Assembly: GCA_025558095.1 (NCBI GenBank)
Contig: JAIVFI010000003.1
Coordinates: 372,001-436,000 of the forward strand
Length of the DNA stretch: 64,000 nt
Direction of reading: 5' to 3'
DNA from: Hyaloraphidium curvatum SAG 235-1
Taxonomy: Eukaryota > Fungi > Monoblepharomycota
A program made the translations under genes and the position numbers. Shown here one piece after another: positions 23,852 through 34,696 of this stretch. Numbering within the stretch: position 1 is the first letter of the stretch; the number at the start of each line of letters is the position of its first letter. A model generated the notes under the pieces. That model did no database searches and was not told where the DNA came from. It worked only from the letters and a program-made list of their open reading frames with translations.

Positions 23852-25734
23852 ATGTCCCGCACGTCGCTGCACGCGGCCGGCGAGGCGCGAGCAAAGGAGA
23901 GGACCGGGATCGGCGAGCTTTTGAAAGATGCTGCACAGTCTGGTGCACCAAAGCTCGCGGATCCCGCGCCGCCGGCCATCCCATCCCCCCGATCCCGCGC
24001 CTCCCGCCTCCCCGCGAGCACCGCCCTCCGCGGCTCCCTCCCCTCCCCCTCCCCCGCCACCCTCCACGCTCCCCCGCTACCCAGCGACCCCGATGCGTAC
24101 CGGTACTGGCCCCCCGGCCCGGCGACCTACTTCCCCCCTCCCTCCCCCGGCTTCTTCCCCTCGCCATACGGCCCGCCCCCCATGGCCCCGGGCTACCCCC
24201 CCTTCCCGTACCCCATGCCCCCCCGCACCGCACCGCCCCGCGCAGAAGGCGACCCGTACTTTCCCTATTACCCACGCTTCACGTACTACGACGGTTTCCC
24301 GTTCCTGCCGCCCTACTGCTACCGAGAGTTTCGCGGGGGCACGCCGTACCCGTTCGCGGACGAGAGAGCGTCCAGCAGGGCGAGCCAGAGGGAGAGGAGC
24401 GAGGCGCTGAGGAGGGCGAGGAGGGTGCTTGAAAGGGACGATTCGGAGGGGGCGGCGGACGAGGAGTCGTCGTCGGGGGGGAGGCGCAGGGGTGAGGAGG
24501 GCGAGCCGCGCGCTGGGAGGAGGGCGCCAGCAACGGAGAAAGCGACGCCGGTGGAGAGGACGGCGGTTGCCGAGAAGATCCGAGCACCGGGCAAGCTCGA
24601 TCGCACCCCGTCGTCGGCCGCCGCGCACGCCAAGCCGGCCAAGCAGCCTTCTCTCGGTGACACCGCACGTGCCGCGGTGGCCGCCCCCGAGCTCGCGCGG
24701 GAGGAGCGCAAGGCGTCTCTGTTCGACGAGACGCCGATCAAGCCCCTGGCGAGCAACAGGGAGGCGCTCGCTGTGTGGAAGGATTTCGAAAAGGACAGGC
24801 CGGCGGCCGCGGCGGCATCCGCACCACCGGCACCGCGGCCCGATCGCGAGAAGCCAAAGGAGAGGGAGAGGGAGAGGGAGAGGGAGAAGGAGAGGGAGAG
24901 GGAGAAGCCGGCCGCGGCGCCTCCCCCGCCGGAAGCCGCTCGCAAACCCTCCAAGCCCCCCAAACCCGACCGCAAGCGCCCCGATCCCGCACCTCCCGCC
25001 CTCCCCTCCCCGTCCCCAGCAGCGCAGCCCCAACCCGACCGCCCCCTGCCCTCGGCCCCCTCGGCCCCCTCGGCCCCACCCGCCTCGGACCCCTCGCCCG
25101 ACGACGCCCCCCCAGTGCCGTGCCCGCACTGCGCGCGCAAGTTCCGCGCGGACCGCCTGTCGAAGCACGCGGCGGTGTGCCAGGCCGCACCGAGGGCCAA
25201 GCGCAAGGCGTTCGATGCGGCAAAGATGCGGCTGGCGGATTTGGCCAAGGAGAGCCCCGGGATATTGGCCAAGGATCCGGAGAAAGAGGCGCGGGATCGG
25301 GAGGCGGAGGAGAGGATCAAGAAAAGGAAGGACGGGTGGAGGAGGAAGCACGGTGGGTCCGCGTCCCCCTCCCCCTGCCGCCGCAGGGAGCGCTGACGCC
25401 CGATCTCCACGTTGCAGAGCAGTTCATCCGCTCCATCCGCGCCGCCCGCTCCCCCAGCCCCGGGCGCTCCCCTAGCCCCAAGCGCACCCCCAGCCCCGGG
25501 CGCTCCGAATCCCCGTCCCCCTCCCGCCCCAAGAACACCGAGCGCGCCCCCGTCTCGGAGCCCATCCCGCCCGCGCGCATCCAGGAGGGCGAGGAGGACG
25601 ACGGCCGGGTGCCGTGCCCGCACTGCGGGCGGCGGTTTGCGGAGGACAGGGCCGAGAAGCACGCGTCCATCTGCGGGGCGCTCAAGGACAAGAAGGGGGG
25701 GTGGAAGGCGTGGGGCGGCAAGGGGAAGAAGTAG
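23852..25734 (+). CDS. Pro-rich protein with C2HC zinc fingers (ZC2HC1-like)
   Basis: VPCPHCARKFRADRLSKHAAVC...RKAFDAAKMR...WRRKH|EQFIRSIRAAR and VPCPHCGRRFAEDRAEKHASIC; intron ~25353-25417. Start uncertain. Confidence 0.8.
24857..24907 (+). repeat. Coding (GAGAGG)n microsatellite encoding a KERERERE tract
   Basis: Sequence aaggagagggagagggagagggagagggagaaggagagggagagggagaag. Confidence 0.9.
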
Positions 25735-25776
25735 CGCGTGTACCGTGCATTCCCGAGAGTGCGGTGCAAGATGGGT

Positions 25777-27699
25777 TCAGGGAACCTCGACGTCGTCCGC
25801 GCCCACGGCAGCGTCCGGGTGCTCCATCAGCCAGCGCTCCCGTGCGCGCCGCCCCGCCTCGCGGACCGCGCGCGAGTCCTCCTCCACCTTGTACAGGTCG
25901 CAGCGGTTGCATTCGCCGCACGGGCCGGGCAGCGGGCGGAAGTGTTGGCTGCGAACGGGCCGGCGGTCAGCAAACGCGCGGTGCAAAACGCGGCGGGCGG
26001 ATTACCAAAAGTGCCCGTAGCCCTCCTGCCCGATCTCCTTCCTGCACACGTAGCACAGCACGTAACCGCACCCCGGGCATGTCATCTTGTTGCACCCGTC
26101 CGCCTTCTGGAACTGCAGCGCGCACCGCGGGCACGTGCGCACCAGGGCCAGGGTCATGGCCTGCTCGACGTACTGCCGCAGCGAACCCGCGTGGTCCCCG
26201 CGGCAGCGGTGCAGGGTGCCCCATTCGCGGCCGCAGACGAGGCACGAGCGCCGCGAGCAGCGGGGGTTGAGGCAGGTGAAGAGGCGGGCGGGGGGAGGGC
26301 CGGGGGGGCGGGGTGGGGGGAGGAGGAGGCGGAGGAAGCGCGGGACGGGGTGGTCCGGGTCGAAGGGGAGGATGCGGAGCAGGGGGAGGGCGATCAGCGG
26401 GGGCACGACGACGGAGAAGAAGATGGTGCCGGCGACGAGGGGCGCGACGGGGGAGAGGAGCGCCGAGATGCAGGTCCAGAAAAAGAGCGCGCGCGCGTCG
26501 ATGGGGCCGACCTCGGGCGGCGGCGGGCGCACACCGCGCAGCCTGTCCTCCGCAAGGCCGTCCACCTCGGCGTACGGGCACCACGGGCACTTGACGTACG
26601 GTAGTCCGGCCTTTTGGAGCTCGGCGACCGCGAGCTTCTCGCGCCACTTGGAGTGCACGTCGGCGCCCGCGCAGAGCTCGACCACCTCGTCGTCGAAAAA
26701 CTCCGGGCACCGCCCGCCCTCGGACCCGTCCATGCACTGCAGCCCGCCGGCGTCGGCCGCCGCGGTGCCGCCGGCCTGCCCGAACACGGCCTCGGACGCG
26801 TAGCGGCCGACGCACGGCCGGCAGAAGAGGTGCCCCGCGGGGCACGCGGCCATGTCCTCGAAGGCGAAATCGTCGAAGCAGCACCCGCAGGGGATCGCCT
26901 GCCCCGACTCGCGGTACTCGCGCTCGTTGATCTGCGCGGCGACGGCGGCGTCGGCGCGGGCGGCCTCTTCGGCGCGGCGCCGCGCGAGCTCGTCCACGTC
27001 GCGGAGCAGGTCGACGTCGAACGCCGCGGGGTCGGACGACGGGCGGCGCTGGAACACCTTGGAGATCAAAGTGGGTATCCAGCCGGGGCGGCCCATAGCG
27101 GCGAGGCGGGCGTGCGACTCGAGGTAGTCGTCGTTGCACTCGGCCATGACGGCGCGCACGGTCGACTTCCAGCGGTCCGGAAAGTCGTTGCACAGGCGCG
27201 TGAAGCAGCCGCGTGCGTAGTGCGGCGAGCGGAAGCGGTCCTTTGCTGCCAGCGGCTCGCCGGGTTTGAGGCGCACGGGGTACCCGGCCTCGCCGGGCCG
27301 CTGCAGCGCCAGCAAGGCGTCCGCGGCGCGGAACACGGTGTCGTGCTGGTCCGCCAAGACACGCTGGCGCAGGAACGCGGGGTCCGCGTCTGGGAAGGCG
27401 TCCGCGAGCGCCTCGAGCGCGTCGTTCTTTGCCGTCGTGGAACCCGGGCCTCCGCGCGCCCGCGGGTACTCGCCCGCGTTGAGCTCGAACACCTTGCGGG
27501 CGACGCGGGCGGCCACGCGGTCGGGCGGCTCGCCGAGATCGTAGTACGCGAGTTGCTGCTCCACGTACGCCGGGTCCGCGTCGGGCAGCAGCGGCGAGAG
27601 GGCCGCCAGCACCGCCGCACGCGCGGCCGCCGAGCCCGCAGCCGCCGCCCCGCCGCCGCCCGCGGGTCCGCCCAGCCGCCGCCGCTCCCGCAGGAACAT
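25777..27699 (-). CDS. RBR-type E3 ubiquitin ligase, RNF216/TRIAD3-like
   Basis: CUE-like FPDADP repeats; RING1 CGCCFD..CPAGHLFCRPC; IBR CPWC..CLNPRC..CLVC..H; RING2 CPRC..KADGCNKMTCPGCGYVLCYVC; terminal exon HFCQHFR..CGECNRCDLY. Confidence 0.9.
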
Positions 27700-27845
27700 C
27701 GCTCGGAACAAGGGCCGAACGGGACGGGGGAACTTCTGAGAAGTTGAGAGCTACGCAACTACTCATCATCATCGGTCAGCTTGCCAAAGCCATGCACCTC
27801 GAATTGACGAAAAGCATGCGCTCTCTATGTTCGAAATACGTCAAA

Positions 27846-30800
27846 TTACAGAATCTTCGTCAGCTCGTTCTGAATCTCGACGAAATCCGGGCGGCATGCC
27901 GGATCCTGGTCCCAGCAGCGCTCCATCAACGCCCACATCGCGTCCGGCACGCCGGCAGGCCGTGTCGGGCGTATCTTTTCGATGGCGACCTTGTAGACGA
28001 TCTGAGAACGATTGGCTGATGAGCATTGTGAGCGATCCGCGAGGGCCGGTGGACATACCGCGGCCACGTTGTTCAGATCGTCGAAGGGGTACTTGCCCTT
28101 GCTCACGACCTCGTAGCAGAGCATCGCGTACGCATACACGTCCGCCGGGGGCTTCAGGGTCTCGCCAGCCAGCATTTCCGGGGCGACAAAGCCGGGCGTG
28201 CCCTGCATCCCGTTGCCGGTCCTGTTGGTCGACTTGCTGACCTCGACCCGAACCCGCGAGAGGCCGAAATCGGTGATGACTGCCCTCATCCCATCGACGA
28301 GGACGTTCAGGCTGCGGCAAGAGCGGGGAGATCAGACCCCGAGCAATTGGGAGAGCATGCGGGCCCACCTCTTGAGATCACCGTGCAAGATTCCCGATGC
28401 ATGGAGGTAGGCCATGCCGCAGGCGACGTCGTGGAGGAAGCGGCGTCCCAGCGCCTGGTCCCAAGCGCGCTGGCCGAGGAACTTGCGGAGGTTGCCCTCC
28501 TCGATGAGGTCCATGACCATCATGGGCGGGGATATGCAGAAGGCCATCAGAGGGAGTACTGCGTGATCGTGCATCAGCGATCGGGCAGGTGGAGCCGGCG
28601 GCGGAGCCCTACCGTTCCTCTGGACGAGCCCTTCCCAGTTCGCCACCTCCTTCACGAACGCCGTCATCGTCTTCTCGTCCAGGTCGCCCTTGATGGTCTT
28701 GACAGCGACCTTGTTCGAGCCCCGGAGCGTGCCGACGTACACGACGCCGAACCCACCCTCGCCCAGCCTCTGGGATCGGTCGATGGCCACGTCTTCCGCG
28801 TGGATCAGGAGCTTGGAAGCCGACGGGGATATGTTGACGGCGAAGCCGTCGCCGCCGCTGCCCGACGAAGCCGCGAGGACGGCCGTGGGGGTGCTCCGCT
28901 GCGATGCCAAGATCGTCGCGGAGGATTTCGATTTCGAGTACGCGATCGGGGGCTCGAACAGGGCGTCGGCGGCCTTTTGCGTCGCAGCTCCCGGGGCCGG
29001 CATGGCCGGCACGATCAACTCCGCCGCCGCGGGCTCGGGCTGCGCAGCCGCCAGTGCGTTCGCGGGTGCAACGGGGGACTTCTTGAGCCCGTGATCGGCT
29101 TCTTCGTCGGCGAGGGTCGACACCGAATCCGAGTTGCCGTTCTCCGCTTCGGCGGCTTTCCCGCGCTTGGCATGAACGTAGTAGCCGATGCCTCCGGCGG
29201 CCGCGATCGCCGCAACGCCACCAACAACGCCGCCCACGATGGCGCCGATGTTCGTCGAGGATGAAGCCGGAGGAGGAGCGGTAGCGGGGCCGGCGGAGAA
29301 GGTCCACTGCCCTGCCTGGGCGCTGGAGCACGAACCGAGGCCCACCGACCCCGCGGAGGGGACCTGCATGCAGCCGCTAGCGGCATCCATGTTGGCGTTC
29401 ATGAGCTTCGTCGAACCCGAGGAGTTATAGAGCACCCAGTTGGGGAACAGCTGCGGCTCGCCCTGGCGGCGCTGGCGCCGGCCCGCACCCGAAGTCGGGC
29501 AGCTTCCGTCGATGACCGCAAAGGAGGAGGAGGCGGAACGCTGGGCCTGCAAGCATGAAGATCCGCGCTGCAACCTGATGGCAGCCGAGCCGGGGATGGC
29601 CGCCACAGCATACTCGCCGGAGGATCCGTCCGCGAGCACGCACCCCGGATTGCAAGAGAGTCCCTTTGTTCCAGAAGTAAGGAAGATCCGAGAGCCCGCT
29701 TCCAAAGGGAACGTGGTCGCGCCGGAGGGGGTGGCAATGGCAGTCGGAGCACTTGCAAACAGAACCGTGGAAGTCGGCAGCGAGTTGCTGGTGGTTGAAG
29801 TAGTGGAAGGAGTCGACTTAGTAGTCGTTGTAGTCACAGATGAGGCCGGTGGCAGGGCAGTTGCCGCAGGTGGATTGACGGTGGGAATCTGACAGACCCC
29901 GCCGCTGCACCCAGTAGCGCGAGAGTCGCAAGCGTTGTCGCACCGTCCGCAATGCTTGACGTCAGAACTCGTGGAGACGCAAGCGTCACCGCATTTCGTA
30001 AGCTCGCTTGAACAGGAGCAAACTCCGGAAGCGCACTGAACGGTGCCGATTGCGGTGAGACTGGATATGAGAGAGAATCGCAAAGCAGACTCACGATCTG
30101 TCCGCTAGGACACGCGGCTCCGCATGTGCCGCAATGCCGCAGATCCGAGTCCAACGCAACGCAGTTCAGTGAAGTCTGGCTGCCACAGTTTGTCTGACCC
30201 GGCGAACACGTCGGGCGGAATTGGCAAGCGCCCGAGGAACATCCGGTAGAGTCTGCAGGGCAGCTGTTGCCGCAACGACCTGCATGACAATGAGTGTGAT
30301 GATTCCGAAAGACGATGGCCTTGCTCACCACAATAGTTCCGATCCGAATCGATGGCGACACAGAAGCCATTACAATCTGTGAGGCCGCTGGGGCAGACGC
30401 ACCGTCCTCCTGAACACGTCTGTCCATTAGGGCAAGATCTGCCGCAGGATCCACAGTTCTGCTGGTTCGAGTCGAGGACAACGCAGTTGAGCGACGTCTC
30501 GCTGCCGCAGTTGGTCTGGCCGGCGGGGCACGTGGGACGGAACTGGCAATTGCCAGAAGAGCATCCAATCGAATCAGAAGGGCAGCTGTTGCCGCAGCGC
30601 CCTGTCCGAAATGTAAGCGGGCGCCTCGCAAGCGTTGCTTGCCGATCCTACCGCAGTGGTTCTTGTCCGAGTCGATGGATACGCAGTAGCCATTGCAGTC
30701 CGTTTGGCCGCTCGGGCAGACGCATTTGCCCCCCGTACAGGACTGTCCATTAGGACAAGATCTGCCACAGGCTCCACAGTTCTGCTGGTTCGAGTCGAGG

Positions 30801-31749
30801 ATGACGCAGTTGAGGGACGATTCGCTGCCGCAGTTGGTCTGGCCGGCGGGGCACGTGGGACGGAACTGGCAATTGCCAGAAGAGCATCCAATCGAATCAG
30901 AAGGGCAGCTGTTGCCGCAGCGTCCTGGAAAGACGTCAGAAGGGCGTCCTCCCCAAATGCTGGTGAACAGCTCACCGCAATTGCTTCGATCTGAGTCGAG
31001 AGCCACGCAGTAGCCGTTGCAGTTCGTGAGGCCATTCGGGCAAAGGCAACGTCCCCCCGAGCAAGACTGTCCACTGGAGCACGTCGCGCCGCAGGCCCCA
31101 CAATTGCGATTGTCCGAGCCAAGTGCGACGCAAGATCCTCCGCAGTTTGTTAATCCAGAGTTGCACATGCAGTTCCCGTTTGAGCACTTCACGGGCAGTC
31201 AGTAAACCGGGGCCAAATAATGAGGAGAAGTGCCACCCACAGTTGAGCCTGCAGAACATGTCACACCTAAACATAGATCCCTGGAAACGCATCTGGCATT
31301 GCGGCACTGTCGAATCATTTAGCAGAAGAGGCCTGCGAAAGATTAATCGCCCTCACCTCCTGATCCGAACTGCAGCGGTGATCACAGGACCCGCAGTTCT
31401 CGGAGTTGGTGCCGAAGTTGACGCATCGGGAGCGGCTCCCGATGCCGCAAACGTCGGGCGCATATGAGGGGCAGTTGCATTTATCCCAGCATAAGCAAGT
31501 TCCAGTTGTTTGGCAGTCTTGGCCGTACTTGTTCAAGCAGTTGCCAGACCTCATTTGGCAGTCCGTGTTTCCAGATGGGCAGTACGTAGCGTCACATGGT
31601 CCTTCAGAGCATGGTTTGCCCCAGTCGCGACAATCAGCTGACGTGAGTTTGTCGCTGGGGCACGACAGGAGACAATCATACTGGGCCGCCAGGACCGGCA
31701 GAATCATGGCACAAAAGAGCACGACCAGAAGGAAGGCGGTGAGAGCCAT
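27846..31749 (-). CDS. Single-pass receptor-like TKL protein kinase with Stig1-like Cys-rich ectodomain (about 10 exons)
   Basis: Signal peptide MALTAFLLVVLFCAMILPVLAA; nine [DN]xx[NHY]CGxC repeats; S/T stalk; TM IGAIVGGVVGGVAAIAAAGGIGYYV; kinase motifs LGEGGFG, VAVK, HGDLK, DFGLS, GTPGFVAPE, DVYAYA, CWDQDPACRP. Confidence 0.88.
30330..30975 (-). repeat. ~323-bp tandem exon+intron duplication in the receptor ectodomain
   Basis: About 100 nt are identical at 30499-30599 and 30822-30922 (offset 323). A more diverged third copy lies at ~30096-30280. Confidence 0.9.
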
Positions 31750-32379
31750 CTTGGTGAACAGGGGCGGAGTCGGATCTTCGTGGATCCCGGCTGCCCTACG
31801 ACGGCCGGTTGGGCGTCGCCGGCTGCGGGCGCTCCCGTCCTCGATGCCAAGTGAATGTTGGCGGCGCGTTTGAGACCAGCCGTTCCTCGCTCCGACCCGA
31901 GTCGAGGAGCGGAGGACAGAGAAGAGAAAGCGCGACTTGAGTTCCGAATCGTCCCCGTCTAAGCTCATTCGACGTCATCGTCAGAGCCAAAAACTCCGTG
32001 ACGTTGCGGCTCGACAACGCTTTCCCCATCCTTTCAAAACCTTCGGATCTTTTTCACACATCCGCGGTGGCTGATCGTGCCAGTCTGAGAAGGAAGGAAG
32101 GAAGAAGAAAGAAATAAGGTAAGGTCCTTTACTCTCTCCTTTTCCCAAGCTCGTTGCGGTAGTTTCCGCAGTTCATGGAAATCGTAGCGTCTTAGCTAGC
32201 TTGGTATTTTGGATGCAGGGAGACCTTTTGCTATCTTCAGCACGTCAGACGCGATGGGCCACGAGGACGTCTTTGTCGTCGCGTGCGGACTTTCGATCAC
32301 GCGTCTCGACGACACAACCACCCTTCATAGTGCTCTCGATCAACAATGAACCCCTGCTGAACGCGTCACTGCTGCGCAA

Positions 32380-33021
32380 ATGAAGATCGCCGTGTTCGGA
32401 GCCACAGGGGGCACCGGCCTGGCGTTCCTCCCGCGTGCCCTCTCCGCGGGCCACACGCTGCGCTGCCTGGTGCGCAACCCGGCCAAGCTGCCCGAGGACG
32501 TGCGGTCCTCGCCGAACGTGGAAGTGGTGGTCGGCGACGTGACAAAGGACGAGAAAGCGATCGAGGACACCCTGTCGGGGTGCGATGCGCTCTTCATTAC
32601 CCTCGGCGGCGCCGGGACGGGCAGCGATGTCTGCTCCGTGGGCACGAAGAGGATCCTGGCCGCGGTGAAGGCGCTCAAGATGGACCCCAAGACGGTGGCC
32701 GTGACCTCGTTCGGCGTCGGCGACTCGTGGAACGACATCAACAGCTACTTCGTCCAGTTTTTGATCTGGGTCTTCATTGGACGGGCCTTGGCAGACAAGG
32801 AGATCCAGGAGGCGGACCTGAAGGCCGCGGGCCTGTCGCACCTGGTCATCGTCCGCCCCGGCGGCCTGACCAACGAGCCGCCGACGGGCAAGTGGAAGGC
32901 GGGCAGGTTTTCCACCCCGGGCGGCCGGATCTCCCGGGAGGACGTCGCGGCATTCTGCCTAGGGTGCTTCCACGACGGCACCGAGTACAAGAACCAGACC
33001 CCGACGCTGGTTTCCGTCTAA
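32380..33021 (+). CDS. NAD(P)-binding Rossmann protein, flavin reductase/biliverdin reductase B-like, intronless
   Basis: MKIAVFGATGGTG, LVRNPAKL, IVRPGGLTN, RISREDVAAF. Confidence 0.9.
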   Translation: MKIAVFGATGGTGLAFLPRALSAGHTLRCLVRNPAKLPEDVRSSPNVEVVVGDVTKDEKAIEDTLSGCDALFITLGGAGTGSDVCSVGTKRILAAVKALKMDPKTVAVTSFGVGDSWNDINSYFVQFLIWVFIGRALADKEIQEADLKAAGLSHLVIVRPGGLTNEPPTGKWKAGRFSTPGGRISREDVAAFCLGCFHDGTEYKNQTPTLVSV

Positions 33022-33132
33022 CGTGGCTAAACGGTAGATGTAGAGCTGGGAATCGCCTTGATCATGTATCTCTTGACCGCTTGTACACGTCAACCTTCGC
33101 ACCTCGTCTCCTTTCCCCGCCTCATCCACAGC

Positions 33133-34270
33133 TCACAGCTTGGCCGGTGCCTCGGGCGCCACTTCGACCAGCATCTTGCCCACGTTGGCCCCCGCAAACA
33201 GCTGCACCAGCGCCTCGGGCGCGTTCTGCAGCCCCTTCACCACCGTGTCCCTGTTCTTCAGCTTGCCCTCGCGCAGCCACTGCGCGAGCTGCTTCCGCCC
33301 TTCGCCGTACCGCTTGGCGTAGTCGAACAAGATGAAGCCCTCGAGGCGGACGCGCTGCGTGATGATGTTGGTGTAGGACCTGAGCGCGTATGGTTCGGTG
33401 GTGTTGTACTGCGAAATGGCCCCGCAGGCGACGATGCGGCCGCGCGTGGCGATCCGGGCGAGGCAGGCGTCGAGGACCTCACCGCCGACCTGGAGAGGCA
33501 GTCAGCAAATTGCTGCAGCAGGGCGAGGTAAGGAACGTGCGTTATCGAAATACATGTCGATGAACTTGGGAGTGGCCTTGGCGAGGTTGCGACGGAACTC
33601 GGGGTCCTTGTAGTCCAGCGCCTCGTCCAGCCCGAGCTCGTTCTTGAGGAACGCGCATTTGTCCTTGCCCCCCGCGATGCCGATCACGCGGCACCCCAGG
33701 ATCTTGCCGATCTGCGCCGCCACGAGGCCCGTCGCCCCGGCTGCTCCGCTCACGACGACGGTTTCCCCAGCCTTCGGTCTGCCCACGTCCAGCATCCCGA
33801 AATAAGCCGTGAGACCGGTGCCCCCCAGCACCGACATGGCCTCGAGCGTCGTCGCCCCCTCCGGAAACCCGTCCAGCTTCTCCATCTGCCTCCCCGGCAC
33901 CGCCGCAAACTCCTGCCACCCCGTCGGCCCCTGCACCCTGTCCCCTTCCTTCAACCCGGGGTAGCGCGACGCCACGACGACACCGGCGCCGTTGGACCGC
34001 ATCACCTCGCCCGGCTGCATGGGGGCGATGTAGGAGCGGACGTCGTTCATCATGCCGCGCATCGCGGGGTCGAGGGAGACGAGCTGCACGCGGACGAGAA
34101 CCTGGCCATCCTGGGATCGGCAGGGTGAGACGGCCGAAAGATGGTGCGGGCGCAACAAAAGGCACCTGGAGCTCCGGGATCGGCGCGCGGTCCAGGCGGA
34201 AGGTCTGCGAGGGCACGATGGAGCCCGTGGGGCGGGCGGCAAAGATGACGCGGAGGTTTTCGGCGGGCAT
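33133..34270 (-). CDS. NADP-dependent alkenal reductase (PTGR1/CurA-like MDR), 3 exons
   Basis: SLDPAMRG, GLTAYFG, VVSGAAGATG, GIAGG..KC, YFDN|VGG, GANVGKMLV. Confidence 0.93.
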
Positions 34271-34696
34271 CGCGGGCGCGTGCGATGAGGGTGTGTGTAT
34301 GGGAGACGCCAGAGATCGACGGACAGCGGGGAACCCGATCGCGCCAACCGACGTGGCCGGACAACGTAGAGCGGCCCTGTCGGCTAGATTTTGACCCTGT
34401 TCGAGGCATTGCGATCGTCGAGTAGAAGCTCCTCGGGCCGTCGCGTCTCCTCGGCTCCCGCACTCGACGCGATCGGAGTTTACCCGACGCCCCCCCCACC
34501 GAATCGGGGAGAATCGCGCGTCAGAGGGAGTGATCTCGGTCGTGCGCATCAGTCGAACGCCTGGACGCGTTTTCCGGTCCGCGATCGCGCCCATCCGGCG
34601 CCGGGGGGCGTTGAAAGACGATCGCGGCTTGAAAATGGGTCCCGCGTTGACTTGCCCGACCTTCTGAACGCATCGCTGGCCGCTGACTTGGACGCG

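Noticed and set aside
26280-26335. G-run cluster (G-quadruplex candidate)
   Set aside because: It is explained by poly-Pro codons of the minus-strand RBR gene; there is no independent evidence of function.
30096-31150. Regularly spaced repeats resembling a CRISPR array or mobile element
   Set aside because: The repeats are coding Cys-rich exons separated by spliceosomal introns; there are no cas genes or terminal repeats.
32380-34270. Two adjacent NAD(P)H oxidoreductases as a metabolic cluster
   Set aside because: They are a convergent pair of common families with no backbone enzyme, transporter or regulator nearby.
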